Positions 18,963 to 29,524 are shown, numbered from the stretch's first letter. The stretch: DNA of 64,000 nt from a virus (IMGVR_UViG_3300028533_000217:1-64000); one strand, 5' to 3'. Numbers and translations: made by a program. The notes: a model not told the origin generated them from the letters alone.

Positions 18963-19616
18963 ATGTATTTAGAAATATGTTCAAATGTTCATGAGGAGTA
19001 TGTAGGTAAAGGAGATTCAATGGTTCATGTTAATGTTAGATTTTGGGTTGATGTTAACAATGTATATTGGTATAGTTATGTAGATATATGTAAATTGGTG
19101 TCATTAAACGAAAACGTCGCAAATAGATGGTATAGATATGAAATGATGGATAATGAAAAATGTACATGTATGGATTCAAATAATTATGATCAATACAACG
19201 TTCAACAACCAAAACCTGTAGATTTTATAACGAGCGAAACTGCAAAATTAGTAGTCCAAAGACATGCCGATTATATATCAGAAAGAGATAATAACATAAT
19301 AAAATCTTTAAATAATCTAGAATGTGTAGGAAATGCTTTTGAAGTATTCCAAGACGCTGAAGAAATAAAACAGCATAAACAAAAGATATATGAAAGTATA
19401 GAAAATAATGATTATGAATCATTCTTCTTCCATTGTCATAAAGTTTCACAAACTAAAACATGTAGAGATACATTATCTAAGAGAGGTGTAATTGATAAAG
19501 ATATGGAGGAAGCTCTTGATACGATACGCGAATATTTATACAACGAACCAGAAACTAAATGTGTGTATGGTAAAAATGATTTTAATGACATAATATGGGA
19601 GTATGATGAGTTTTAA
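18963..19616 (+). CDS. Bro-N domain protein, paralog of 42340..43020
   Basis: VRFWVD.NNVYWYSYVDICKLV..DNEK..FITSE matches the Bro-N pattern VR..D.EPWF..D.C..DDDK..FINE. Confidence 0.7.
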   Translation: MYLEICSNVHEEYVGKGDSMVHVNVRFWVDVNNVYWYSYVDICKLVSLNENVANRWYRYEMMDNEKCTCMDSNNYDQYNVQQPKPVDFITSETAKLVVQRHADYISERDNNIIKSLNNLECVGNAFEVFQDAEEIKQHKQKIYESIENNDYESFFFHCHKVSQTKTCRDTLSKRGVIDKDMEEALDTIREYLYNEPETKCVYGKNDFNDIIWEYDEF

Positions 19617-19666
19617 ATTGAAAAGTAACAAGATTATATAATTATAAAAAATAGGAGGTAATAAAT

Positions 19667-20440
19667 ATGCCAAATTGGAATTATAATAATATGAATGTTA
19701 AAGGAAAACCTGAATTAGTTAAAAGATTTATAAAAGAAAATTTTTCAACTCAAAAAGTTTATGATAATAAAGAAGCATATGTATTAGATTTTGAAGTAAT
19801 GGATCCAACACCTATAGATCCTGAAACAGGGGATATTATAAAAGATTGGTATGACTGGAGATTGAAGCATTGGGGATGTAAATGGAGTCCTATAACAGAA
19901 GATCAAGCTGTATCTCTATGTTTAATTTACAACGATGAAAAGTCTGAGAATATTAACTATGAAAAATTTAATGAAGAATTTGTTGATAAATTAAACGTTA
20001 ATAATATGAAAGAAATAGAATTATATATGACATTTTTCACACCTTGGGCACCTCCTGAAGGAATGTTTGAATTATGGTCAACAAACTATAAAGAAGAAGG
20101 ATTGGAAATGCTAGTAGAATTCTATGAACCTGGATGTGGATTTGCAGGTGAAATGAAATTTGTTAAAGGTGAAGATGATAGATATTTTATGATTGATTGG
20201 TGTAAAGAAAATAAAAATGAATATTTAAAATTTGTATTAGAACATGAATTAGAACCATTAGATTATTATATAGACGAATGCCATTATTGGATAGAAGAAA
20301 TGCACAAAGATGATGGTAAGGAAATGATTGAAAAAATATGTTTAGCTGTGGAAAAACAGATAGCAGAAGCTAAGTTAGAAGATGTGGTAAAATTGATTTT
20401 AGACATAAAGGATAAATATGATAAATTCTGTGAGGAATAG
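19667..20440 (+). CDS. Api92/DUF1281-like ferredoxin-fold phage protein
   Basis: MPNW.N, WYDWR.KHWGCKW, FFTPWAPP, YEPGCGFAG. Confidence 0.75.
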   Translation: MPNWNYNNMNVKGKPELVKRFIKENFSTQKVYDNKEAYVLDFEVMDPTPIDPETGDIIKDWYDWRLKHWGCKWSPITEDQAVSLCLIYNDEKSENINYEKFNEEFVDKLNVNNMKEIELYMTFFTPWAPPEGMFELWSTNYKEEGLEMLVEFYEPGCGFAGEMKFVKGEDDRYFMIDWCKENKNEYLKFVLEHELEPLDYYIDECHYWIEEMHKDDGKEMIEKICLAVEKQIAEAKLEDVVKLILDIKDKYDKFCEE

Positions 20441-20481
20441 ATATATAAATTTCTACGTTCTGAAATAAAAATATTAAAAAT

Positions 20482-20751
20482 ATGGGAGGTAATATTATGC
20501 AAGGATTCTTATTTATAATAGGTATGATAATTTGTTATATGGTGGGTAGAGCAATTATAAGTGCAATGGGATTAATAATGTTTGATACAATAGCAGGATT
20601 GATAATAAAACCTATGGTGATAGGATTCTTCGCATTAGCAATAGGGTTAGGAACTCTATTGCTATTCTTAAAAGCACTATTATGGTTAGCACCTTTTATA
20701 TTAATTATAGGATTAATAGTTGTTATTGTTAGAGCTGTTAGAAAATATTAA
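20482..20751 (+). CDS. Small membrane protein
   Basis: Highly hydrophobic; GGGAGG RBS favours ATG at 20497. Confidence 0.75.
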   Translation: MGGNIMQGFLFIIGMIICYMVGRAIISAMGLIMFDTIAGLIIKPMVIGFFALAIGLGTLLLFLKALLWLAPFILIIGLIVVIVRAVRKY

Positions 20752-20771
20752 AATTACGGGGAGGTAATATT

Positions 20772-20948
20772 ATGTGTAGATATAAAGTATTAGATTATGT
20801 TGAAACTACAAAAGGAATAGGACAAATAGAAAAGATTTGGAGTTTAAATGATATAGTAACAGTATTTGAAGTAAGAATGGAAAATGGTAAAAAAGTTGAT
20901 ATATTCTATGGAGAGATAAAAGCAGTTCTTAATAAAAATATAGATTAA
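20772..20948 (+). CDS. Hypothetical protein (58 aa, not in track)
   Basis: GGAGG RBS; MCRYKVLDYVETTKGIG... Confidence 0.7.
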   Translation: MCRYKVLDYVETTKGIGQIEKIWSLNDIVTVFEVRMENGKKVDIFYGEIKAVLNKNID

Positions 20949-20969
20949 TAAAATGGAGGAATAAAGATT

Positions 20970-21131
20970 ATGGAAAGATATGAAATGTTATGTGATCAAT
21001 TATATATGCTAGATGAATTATTACAACAAGAAGATTTACCAGAAGCTGTGAGAGAACAATATGAATTTGTGTTACAAGAAACAATAAATGAATTAATAGC
21101 AATAGATAAGGCAATATTCTTTGAAGATTAA
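20970..21131 (+). CDS. Small acidic protein (53 aa, not in track)
   Basis: GGAGG RBS; MERYEMLCDQLYMLDELL... Confidence 0.7.
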   Translation: MERYEMLCDQLYMLDELLQQEDLPEAVREQYEFVLQETINELIAIDKAIFFED

Positions 21132-21153
21132 TAAATTATAAGGGGGTATCTGT

Positions 21154-21495
21154 ATGAGATTAACAGATAGTTATTATGATTTAGTATTAGAAAGAGATCA
21201 ATTATTAGAGGAGTTAGAATATATAGAAAAGGAGATTGAAAAAATGGAAAACCAAAAACCAAGATTCATGTTAGTAAAGGAGATAGTTGATAAAGAACAT
21301 GATGAATGTATATTCTACACACATGAGGAGTTTTATAATTATACAGATGCTAAAATCATATTTGACGAGTATGTAAGAGATGTAAAAAGCGCAATAGAGG
21401 GAGTTATAGAAGCTGTAGAACATGAAGGTATATTTCATATAAGTAATAATGAAGAATCAATAAATTTAATAATATATGATTTAGGGGATGAATAA
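21154..21495 (+). CDS. Hypothetical acidic protein
   Basis: ORF with AGGGGG RBS. Confidence 0.7.
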   Translation: MRLTDSYYDLVLERDQLLEELEYIEKEIEKMENQKPRFMLVKEIVDKEHDECIFYTHEEFYNYTDAKIIFDEYVRDVKSAIEGVIEAVEHEGIFHISNNEESINLIIYDLGDE

Positions 21496-21498
21496 GGT

Positions 21499-21756
21499 AT
21501 GGGATTTTATGTTATAACTGAGATATTTGCAAGTAAATTAAATGGTGCTTATACGACAACTAATAATCACGTTAAAGATCATGATGAAGCGATCAATATG
21601 TTTCTTATGAGATCAATGATGTTAATGAATGCTGCAAATTGTTCTAAGATAATAGAGCAAAATTTCGATGCTGAAGAATGTTATGGATTTACAAAAGTTG
21701 AATTGGATAGTGGTTGTACGATAGAGATATCATTAATTAAATTATCATTGGTGTAA
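21499..21756 (+). CDS. Hypothetical protein
   Basis: ORF in operon. Confidence 0.65.
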   Translation: MGFYVITEIFASKLNGAYTTTNNHVKDHDEAINMFLMRSMMLMNAANCSKIIEQNFDAEECYGFTKVELDSGCTIEISLIKLSLV

Positions 21757-21827
21757 TTTATGGGATTTCGATCCCATATTATATCAGTGAAATATCATAA
21801 ATAAATATTAAATAAGGAGGTAGTAAT

Positions 21828-21947
21828 ATGATAATATGTAATATATTTGGTAAATATAATGAACATAAAATGTATAAAGTTCTAGGTGAACATAATAATG
21901 TAATTGAAGTAATCACAGATAAATTAATTAATATAATAGAATTATAA
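21828..21947 (+). CDS. Small hypothetical protein (39 aa)
   Basis: AAGGAGG RBS directly after the early promoter at ~21752. Confidence 0.55.
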   Translation: MIICNIFGKYNEHKMYKVLGEHNNVIEVITDKLINIIEL

Positions 21948-21995
21948 AGAGTTCTAAGGAAGCATCTCTAAAAGCTTCCTTCCATTAGGATTTGT

Positions 21996-22223
21996 ATGAT
22001 CCTAAAAATAAAATATATTAGGGGGCAAAAAACTATGATGAATATAGAAGCAAGAATAATAGAAATGGAAACAAGAAGAGGAATGATATTAGCATACCTT
22101 GAAGAATATAGAAGATATAATGAAGAATATAATACAAATGAAATGGATAGTTATATAGAAAGAGCTGAAGATGTAATAGCACAATATGATATAATGTTAG
22201 AAGATTTAAGATCTTATATGTAG
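21996..22223 (+). CDS. Hypothetical protein
   Basis: GGGGG RBS favours start near 22035; terminator follows. Confidence 0.65.
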   Translation: MILKIKYIRGQKTMMNIEARIIEMETRRGMILAYLEEYRRYNEEYNTNEMDSYIERAEDVIAQYDIMLEDLRSYM

Positions 22224-22296
22224 TTTATAATAAGGATACCTAATAGGTATCCTTATTTAATTTATGTAATTAATAAAAAATATATGGAGGTATATT

Positions 22297-22752
22297 ATGT
22301 ATAATTTAGTATTAGATTTCGTAGAAAGTAAAATAGAAGGATTTGAGAGACCAGAAATAATATTTGAAGAAGAATTTAGTTATGCTGTAAAATCTAGAAA
22401 TATAGCAGTTCCAATAGATTATACATGTTCAATGGAACAACATCATTGGTGGAAAAGTTTCATGATGAAATATTTAATGTTGGAATACGGAGTATTCGTA
22501 ACGGAACAAGATGATTATATATTCTCATTACTTCATGAAATAGGACATTATATAACATTAGAAGATATACCAGCTAACGTTGTATACCACAATTATGACA
22601 AAGATATGGCTAAAGTAGAAAAAGCTACATCATCTTATGAATATGAAAAAGCATATAGACAAATAACAATAGAAAAAATGGCTGATCTATGGGCTATAGA
22701 TTTCATAGAAACTTACCCAGAAGTATTAGAATTAAATAAAATAAGTTTATAA
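22297..22752 (+). CDS. HExxH zinc metallopeptidase-like protein
   Basis: LLHEIGH and EKMADLWA. Confidence 0.75.
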   Translation: MYNLVLDFVESKIEGFERPEIIFEEEFSYAVKSRNIAVPIDYTCSMEQHHWWKSFMMKYLMLEYGVFVTEQDDYIFSLLHEIGHYITLEDIPANVVYHNYDKDMAKVEKATSSYEYEKAYRQITIEKMADLWAIDFIETYPEVLELNKISL

Positions 22753-22784
22753 TAAAATAAAATAAATTTTGGAGGTAATTAATT

Positions 22785-23948
22785 ATGTTAAAACAAATAA
22801 AAACTTTAGGATTAGCTTTAGTAGTAGGATGTATGATGGTAGGATGTTCAGATGTAGAAAGTACTAAAATAGAAGATACAAAAACTAATGAAATAATATA
22901 TACTGAATTTGATTCAGAAAGAGAACAAGAATTAGCTAACATATTTTATGATGGTATTATGATGTATATGGAAGGTAATGATTTAGAATCTATAGATGAA
23001 GAGTATATACATGATATGATAGCAGAACTTGAATCAATAAGCAATGATCCATATGGACATGGATTAACAAAAAACCAAGGTAGATTAGCTGCAATAAAAG
23101 GATGTTTAAATGCTTATAATTTAGATATGACTGCAGAAGAAATATTAAATAATCATATAGAAAAGTATGATTCAGAATCAATAGAAGAAAAAGAACTAGT
23201 TAAAGAAGAAACAAAAGTAGAAGAAAAGAAAACAGAAAAATCAAAAGTAGAAGAAAAGAAAACAGAAAAATCAAAAGTAGAAGAAAAGAAAACAGAAAAA
23301 GAAGAATCAAAAATAGAAGCTATAGAAAAACCTAAAAACAAAAAAGAAAGAAATGCATTAGTTAGAACTATAATAACAGAAGCTATAGAAGAAGGACTTA
23401 ATGCAAATGGCGGATTATTAGAAATGTATGTTAGTTACCATAAAGAAACAGGTAAAGATTATGGAACATTCTTAGAAGAAATAATGATATCAATACACGA
23501 AACAGTTTATGAAGAAGTTGAGACAAATAAATTATATTCAGAATTAGATATAACTGAAAAAGAAGTTGCTGAAATAGTAGCTGAAGTAATAGGATATCAA
23601 GCAGCATTAATAGACGAAAAAGATAGAGATAGAGCAGTATTTAATTCTCAAAGACAAGACATATATGATGAAATGTTAACAGTAGAAAAAGGTGAACCAT
23701 GTTTATCTTATTATGATGTATTCGATACAGCAGATGCTGCTTTCAGAGAAAAATATTACGAAATGCGTCAAAATGGTGAATTGCTTAATAGTAGTTTAGA
23801 TTACACTAACCCATCACCAGCAGCAGAAACATTTAAATTAGATAAAACTAAAGCGACTATGGAAGTATGGAATACATGTGATGAAAAAATAGGAATGGTT
23901 GAATTTGATTTAGATGGAAACATAACAAAAGTAGAAGTATATAAATAA
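22785..23948 (+). CDS. Lipoprotein with Lys/Glu repeat linker
   Basis: Signal peptide ending MMVGC (lipobox); 30-bp tandem repeats (KVEEKKTEKS) ~23213..23300. Confidence 0.75.
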   Translation: MLKQIKTLGLALVVGCMMVGCSDVESTKIEDTKTNEIIYTEFDSEREQELANIFYDGIMMYMEGNDLESIDEEYIHDMIAELESISNDPYGHGLTKNQGRLAAIKGCLNAYNLDMTAEEILNNHIEKYDSESIEEKELVKEETKVEEKKTEKSKVEEKKTEKSKVEEKKTEKEESKIEAIEKPKNKKERNALVRTIITEAIEEGLNANGGLLEMYVSYHKETGKDYGTFLEEIMISIHETVYEEVETNKLYSELDITEKEVAEIVAEVIGYQAALIDEKDRDRAVFNSQRQDIYDEMLTVEKGEPCLSYYDVFDTADAAFREKYYEMRQNGELLNSSLDYTNPSPAAETFKLDKTKATMEVWNTCDEKIGMVEFDLDGNITKVEVYK

Positions 23949-24019
23949 CAGGATTATTTCCTGTTATTTTTTATATGTTCCATAACATTATTATAAATAA
24001 ATTATAGGAGGTTATTAAT

Positions 24020-24202
24020 ATGAAAATAGTAAAAAGATGTGCTTATATGATATATGAGGATGAATTAGTAAGAGATGATTTTGTTATAGAATACGATGCA
24101 AAACATTGGTGTAGATATTATAATGAACACAATGATAATAGAATGGTATTCTACCAAGTAGTTTCAGATGATTATAAATTAAAACAAGGAAAGAAAAGAT
24201 AA
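24020..24202 (+). CDS. Hypothetical protein
   Basis: GGAGG RBS, terminator follows. Confidence 0.7.
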   Translation: MKIVKRCAYMIYEDELVRDDFVIEYDAKHWCRYYNEHNDNRMVFYQVVSDDYKLKQGKKR

Positions 24203-24291
24203 GGAGAAATCCTTATCTTTTTTTCTATTGTAAAAAGGTATTATTTCAATTATATATTATATAGTTGAAATAAATAAAAAATATTGGAGGT

Positions 24292-25323
24292 ATGTTTATG
24301 AAAAATTTAGAAGAATTAAGAAAAGATTATATAAGATATTCTGCACAATTAAAATCTATAGATAGAGAATGTATTGAATATCTTGAACTTAAAATGAGTG
24401 CTAAAGATATTGAAGATGAAAAATTAAGAGTTAAAAGGGCAAAAATAAAAAGAGATTTTTATGAAAAAATGTTTGATGAATGGAAAGAAAAGAATGATGT
24501 ATTTGATCAATGTATGATATGGGCTGAAGAAATTTATAAATATTGCTCATGGCGCGATTGTAAACATAAATATAGAGATTTAGAAGGAAAGTATGCAGAA
24601 TTCATAAATAAAATTAACGAATTGAATGATGACATAGGAAAAATAGTGGCTGAAAATAGAGAAATAAAAAGAGACAAGTTATTCATATATTTCGATTGTC
24701 CAGAGTTCGAAGAATGGAAAGACCAGGATGAGGATTGGCAAAATGTCAATAAAAAATTATTACAAAAGAGATATGAAGTATATAGAAAGTCAATAGACAA
24801 AGCAGTGCAGGTAAGAAATGAATTATTTGAAGAAAAGCATAGAATTAAAATGGAATTTGATACATGGCTTTATAAGAATAACTTAAGACGTGGTGAAATT
24901 AAAACCTTCGAAGAAGAATATCCTAAATGGAGAGGATGGGATTCATCTGCTTATGTATATAATACAATGATTCATTCTATACATCTTACAGATATGGATG
25001 AAGTAAATAAGATTATATCAAACCTAAGAAAAATAGCTGACATAATCATAGCTTATGATAAAGCAAATGATGATGATTGGGGATTTGATTATGAGGTGTT
25101 AGAATATATAGATTATCTTGAAATAGTGAATACAAAAACTCGTTTTCATGACAATGAAGGTTGTATGACGACCTTGGCTTTAGATATTATGGAAAATCAT
25201 TATGTATATGAGCCATTTATGGAAAGTTTTAAGGATTGTATATCCAATATATGCTATTATATGGACAACGAATTCCGCTCATTAATACACCGTATGAATA
25301 AGCGTGGTCATGAACTAGAATAG
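24292..25323 (+). CDS. Hypothetical helical/coiled-coil early protein
   Basis: 343-aa ORF after the early promoter at 24229. Confidence 0.75.
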   Translation: MFMKNLEELRKDYIRYSAQLKSIDRECIEYLELKMSAKDIEDEKLRVKRAKIKRDFYEKMFDEWKEKNDVFDQCMIWAEEIYKYCSWRDCKHKYRDLEGKYAEFINKINELNDDIGKIVAENREIKRDKLFIYFDCPEFEEWKDQDEDWQNVNKKLLQKRYEVYRKSIDKAVQVRNELFEEKHRIKMEFDTWLYKNNLRRGEIKTFEEEYPKWRGWDSSAYVYNTMIHSIHLTDMDEVNKIISNLRKIADIIIAYDKANDDDWGFDYEVLEYIDYLEIVNTKTRFHDNEGCMTTLALDIMENHYVYEPFMESFKDCISNICYYMDNEFRSLIHRMNKRGHELE

Positions 25324-25432
25324 ATTAAATAAAAATAAAATATGTATAATATTTAATACAGGGGTTACTCTGTATTAAATATTATATTTTAATAAACAAA
25401 TAAATGTAAATACCATTAATAGGAGGTAAGTT

Positions 25433-26272
25433 ATGGCTAAGTATTTAAATGAAGAGCTTAAACTAGATGAAAGATTGGGACAAATTGGAATAAATAAATC
25501 AGGAGATAAAATGCAGATTATAGAATATTACACATATGATGATATTGAAGTTAAGTTTTTAGATGGAAATGATTGTATAGTTCATACACAATATATAAAT
25601 TTTCTAAAAGGATATGTTAAGAATTATAATAAAGTTGTATATGGTCTACATGGATATTTAGGTCAAGGTCCATATGCTTCTGAACATAGAGATGAAAATG
25701 GAAAAAGAATTTTACACAATGAATACGGTATATGGAAAAATATACATGAACGTGTTGGTAATTTTGATGGTAAACATCCGTCTTACAAAGATGTTATAGT
25801 TTGTGAAGAGTGGTGGAATTATCAAAATTTTGCTAAATAGTACAATGATCGTAGATATGATACAGGAGAAGATTTTCTATGTATAGATAAAGATTTGTTA
25901 GTACCTGGAAATAGAGAATATGCTCCTGATAAATGTTGTTTAATACCTAATTCTATAAACGAAATATTCCGAAATTATGAAAATTATAAAAGAACTGATG
26001 ATGGTTTACCTATAGGCATTCATAGGAGAACTGATTCTAAATCAATAAGATACAGAACGGAAGGTATATATTTAGATGAATTTGGTAATAAATGTAAAAT
26101 ACGTAAAACATTTGAAGATCCTTTTGAAGCATTTATATTTTATAAAGAATATAAAGAATTATATATCAAACAACTTGCAAACAAATATAAAGATGTATTA
26201 GATAAAACTGTTTATGAAAAACTAATAGAATATAAAATAACAACAAATGTAGATTTTTCAAAAATATATTAG
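25433..26272 (+). pseudogene. HNH-type homing endonuclease-like gene broken by an in-frame TAG (25838..25840)
   Basis: Both ORF halves are in frame; NFAK*YND aligns with NFADWFYN and DFGKWFED of the paralogs; CIDKDLL..GN..Y.PDKC motif. Confidence 0.8.
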
Positions 26273-26289
26273 AATAAGGAGGTATTGTT

Positions 26290-28719
26290 ATGAGTAAAAA
26301 TAGTAGAAAATTTGTTGAAGAAGAAATGTATGTTGCTGAAAATGAATTAGATAAAATACGTATATCTCCATTAATGTATATATCAAGAATCGGGTCATTA
26401 GGAGCTATTCATTTAGCTAAAGAATGTATTAATAACAGTATAGATGAATGTTTAAACATAAATTCACCAGGGGAAAATATATATTTGTATCTAAACGAGG
26501 ATACAAATACGTTTATTACGGAAGATGATGGTAGAGGATTACCATTTGATAGAATGTTAGACGCGTGTACAAAAATACAATCAAGTACCAAATTTAATAG
26601 GACTTCTAATCAGAAGTCTGCAGGGCAAAACGGTCTGGGCATAAAGGCTACAAACGCCCTTTCTGAATATTTCAAACTTGAAGTATACAAATTAGGTGAA
26701 TATGCAGTAGTTGAATTTAAGGACGGAGTTCAGGTACAAGATGGTAAAGTTAAACCTTGTAAAGACAAAAAAAGACATGGTACAATAGTGACATTTAAAC
26801 CTAGTGAAAAATATATGGGTAAATGTCAAATGAAAGGTGAAGACATCTTATTCTGGTTAAATAATATAAAACATTTCTTAGATAAAAATATTACAATAGA
26901 ACTTGAAATAGAAAAGAAAGGTAAAATAACAAGATATGAATTTAACAGAAGTAAAAATGGTATAGGAGATCTAGTATGTGAAATATCTCCTAAAAATCAC
27001 ACGCCTATATATACAGGAATAGGAACTACAAAAATAGATGAAGAAATAAGAATAGTTAAATCAGGAGGTAAAGTTGATAACCAAATATTAAAGAGAGATG
27101 TTGATTTAGAATTTGCATTTGCGCTAAATGTTGATATGTTAGAAATGAAAACACGATCATTCTGTAACTTCGTGCATACGGTAGATGAAGGTGACCATAC
27201 AAATGCAGTAGTTACAGCAATCTGTGAATATTTAAGTAGAAAAACTAAAGATACGTTAACAGAGAAAGAAAAAGAAAAATTTAATATATTATATAATGAT
27301 ATAACAAACTCTTTAGTATTAGCATTAACAGTAAGTACAAGTATGGACCCTGGATTTACAGGACAGACCAAAGAGAAGATAGAAAATAATAAAATGATTA
27401 AACCTTTAAAAGAAATAGTACGTTCTCAATTAACAGTATTCTTTGAGAATAATCCTAAAGAACTTAAATCATATACAAATATAATTAAAGCAAATGCTAA
27501 AGCTAGATATGAATCTACAAAAGCAAAACAAGCAGTAATTAAAAGAGAAGTAGGAGCAGTGGCAGAACATTCTATACCAAACTATTTCCCTGCAAATAAG
27601 AAAGGTAAGAAAGATTATAGAGAATTATTTATATTTGAGGGGTTATCAGTTAAATCAAATGGTACACAAGCAAGAGATGCAGATTATCAAGCAATGTATA
27701 CAATGAGAGGTGTTCCAGGAGAAGCATATACAATGAGTAGTAATGATGTATATACAAAGAATGAAACATTTAAGAATTTAACAAGAGCAATTAATGCAGG
27801 TATAGGTGATAATTTTGATGTAAGTAAATGTAGATTTGATAAAGTAATAATAACATCAGATGCTGACGTTGACGGTTTCTTTATCTTCTCATTATTAGGT
27901 GGGTTCTTCTTAAAACATATGACAGATTTAATATATGATGGAAGATTATATTTATCAGTTCCTCCATTATACAAAATTAAAGATAAGAAAACTCCGTTCG
28001 TAACAGATAAAGAACAATATCAAACAGTATATTTTAGAAATGTTTTAGATAAGTATATTATACAAGAAGATGGAGGTAAAGAATTAAGTAGAAGAGAATT
28101 CTTAGAGTTCTTAAAATTAAATCAATATTATTTAGATGAGCTTATAAGATGTAGTAATCATTATAGTGCAAATCCAACATTAATAGAATATGTTATAAAA
28201 TATAAAGATGAAAAGAACTTTAAGAAAAATATGGCTAAGAAATTCCCAGAGATAAAAATTGAATCTGACAAAGACAATAAGATGAATACGATAATAGAGG
28301 GAATATATGAAGGGGCTTATCAAATATTTACAATAGATAATCTATTTGATAAGAAAACGCAAGATTTAAGAGATTTAATGGATAAGAATGATAGTATGTA
28401 TTATAAAGTAATTGAAAAATATAAGGACGGTAGAGAGTTTAGAGGTAAATTAAGTATAGGAGAATTCTTAGAGTTAACAAATAAATTACAACCAGGAATA
28501 GAGCTAAGATACAAAGGATTAGGGGAATTAAGTTCGGATGATATGTGGATGAATGTAATGAATCCAGAGAAAAGAACGCTAATACAATTAACAGTTAGCG
28601 ATATAAAAGAAGCATGTAAAATGTATGATACGCTTCACGGGAAAGGAAAATCTAATTCAGATAATAGAAGAGAAATGACAGAAGCGTTTGAAATCCGTAA
28701 GGATATGTTAGATAACTAG
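26290..28719 (+). CDS. gyrB: Type II topoisomerase subunit B (gyrase B-like)
   Basis: ECINNSIDE, DDGRGLP, GQNGLGIKATNALS, FEGLS, SDADVDG, RYKGLGE. Confidence 0.92.
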   Translation: MSKNSRKFVEEEMYVAENELDKIRISPLMYISRIGSLGAIHLAKECINNSIDECLNINSPGENIYLYLNEDTNTFITEDDGRGLPFDRMLDACTKIQSSTKFNRTSNQKSAGQNGLGIKATNALSEYFKLEVYKLGEYAVVEFKDGVQVQDGKVKPCKDKKRHGTIVTFKPSEKYMGKCQMKGEDILFWLNNIKHFLDKNITIELEIEKKGKITRYEFNRSKNGIGDLVCEISPKNHTPIYTGIGTTKIDEEIRIVKSGGKVDNQILKRDVDLEFAFALNVDMLEMKTRSFCNFVHTVDEGDHTNAVVTAICEYLSRKTKDTLTEKEKEKFNILYNDITNSLVLALTVSTSMDPGFTGQTKEKIENNKMIKPLKEIVRSQLTVFFENNPKELKSYTNIIKANAKARYESTKAKQAVIKREVGAVAEHSIPNYFPANKKGKKDYRELFIFEGLSVKSNGTQARDADYQAMYTMRGVPGEAYTMSSNDVYTKNETFKNLTRAINAGIGDNFDVSKCRFDKVIITSDADVDGFFIFSLLGGFFLKHMTDLIYDGRLYLSVPPLYKIKDKKTPFVTDKEQYQTVYFRNVLDKYIIQEDGGKELSRREFLEFLKLNQYYLDELIRCSNHYSANPTLIEYVIKYKDEKNFKKNMAKKFPEIKIESDKDNKMNTIIEGIYEGAYQIFTIDNLFDKKTQDLRDLMDKNDSMYYKVIEKYKDGREFRGKLSIGEFLELTNKLQPGIELRYKGLGELSSDDMWMNVMNPEKRTLIQLTVSDIKEACKMYDTLHGKGKSNSDNRREMTEAFEIRKDMLDN

Positions 28720-28755
28720 GAGTGTGAAAGCACTCCTATATAGGAGGTTGATAAT

Positions 28756-29511
28756 ATGAATAGAATAGGTGAAGAGAGATATAACAATAATAAATCATTA
28801 ATGAAAATAACCGATTATAGAAATTCTAAAGATGTTGATGTATATTTTCCAGATTACAATTGGACCTATTATCATGCTCGTTATGATAATTTTACACGTG
28901 GTAAAATAAAATGTCCTTATGAACCAAGATATTATAATGTTGGGTATTTAGGTGAAGGTGAGTATAATATTAAAGAGAACGGTGAATGTACAAAATGTTA
29001 TCGAACTTGGCACCATATGCTACAACGTTGTTATGATATAGATCATTTATACAAAAACCCGACATATGAAGATTGTTTCGTGTGTGAAGAATGGCTAAAT
29101 TTTCAAAATTTCGCAGATTGGTTTTATAATAATTATTATGAAGTGAATGATGAATTGATGTGCTTGGATAAGGATATTCTTTATAAAGGTAATTTAATAT
29201 ATTCACCAGAAACATGTGTATTTGTAACACAAAAAATAAATTCCTTATTTGTAAAATCAGATGCTATAAGAGGAGAGTTACCTATAGGTGTGCAAATTGA
29301 CAAAAGACGTAATACGTATGGAGCATATTGTAATAATGGGTATGGTGAAAGAACTTATTTAGGATCATTTGACACACCTGAAAAAGCTTTTTATATGTAT
29401 AAAAAATACAAAGAGGAGCTTATTAAAAATATAGCTGAAGAATATAAATCTTATATACCTATTGAATTATACAACGCTTTAAACAATTATAAAGTAGAAA
29501 TTAATGATTAA
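28756..29511 (+). CDS. Free-standing HNH-type homing endonuclease-like protein between gyrB and gyrA
   Basis: W..MLQRCY, VCEEWLNFQNF, CLDKDIL.KGN.IYSPETCVFV, AP2-like C-terminus (YLGSFDTPEKAF). Confidence 0.7.
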   Translation: MNRIGEERYNNNKSLMKITDYRNSKDVDVYFPDYNWTYYHARYDNFTRGKIKCPYEPRYYNVGYLGEGEYNIKENGECTKCYRTWHHMLQRCYDIDHLYKNPTYEDCFVCEEWLNFQNFADWFYNNYYEVNDELMCLDKDILYKGNLIYSPETCVFVTQKINSLFVKSDAIRGELPIGVQIDKRRNTYGAYCNNGYGERTYLGSFDTPEKAFYMYKKYKEELIKNIAEEYKSYIPIELYNALNNYKVEIND

Positions 29512-29524
29512 GGAGGTATTTTAT

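Noticed and set aside
18621-19616. Retron or other RT-linked ncRNA
   Set aside because: Inverted-repeat clamp present, but no reverse transcriptase ORF is recognisable anywhere in the window.
23213-23300. 30-bp tandem repeat as a regulatory array
   Set aside because: In-frame coding repeat (KVEEKKTEKS) in a lipoprotein linker.
25838-25840. Genome-wide TAG recoding
   Set aside because: Many intact genes (gyrB, gyrA, recA, RNAP beta-C half) end in TAG followed by RBSs or terminators; only one in-frame TAG was seen.
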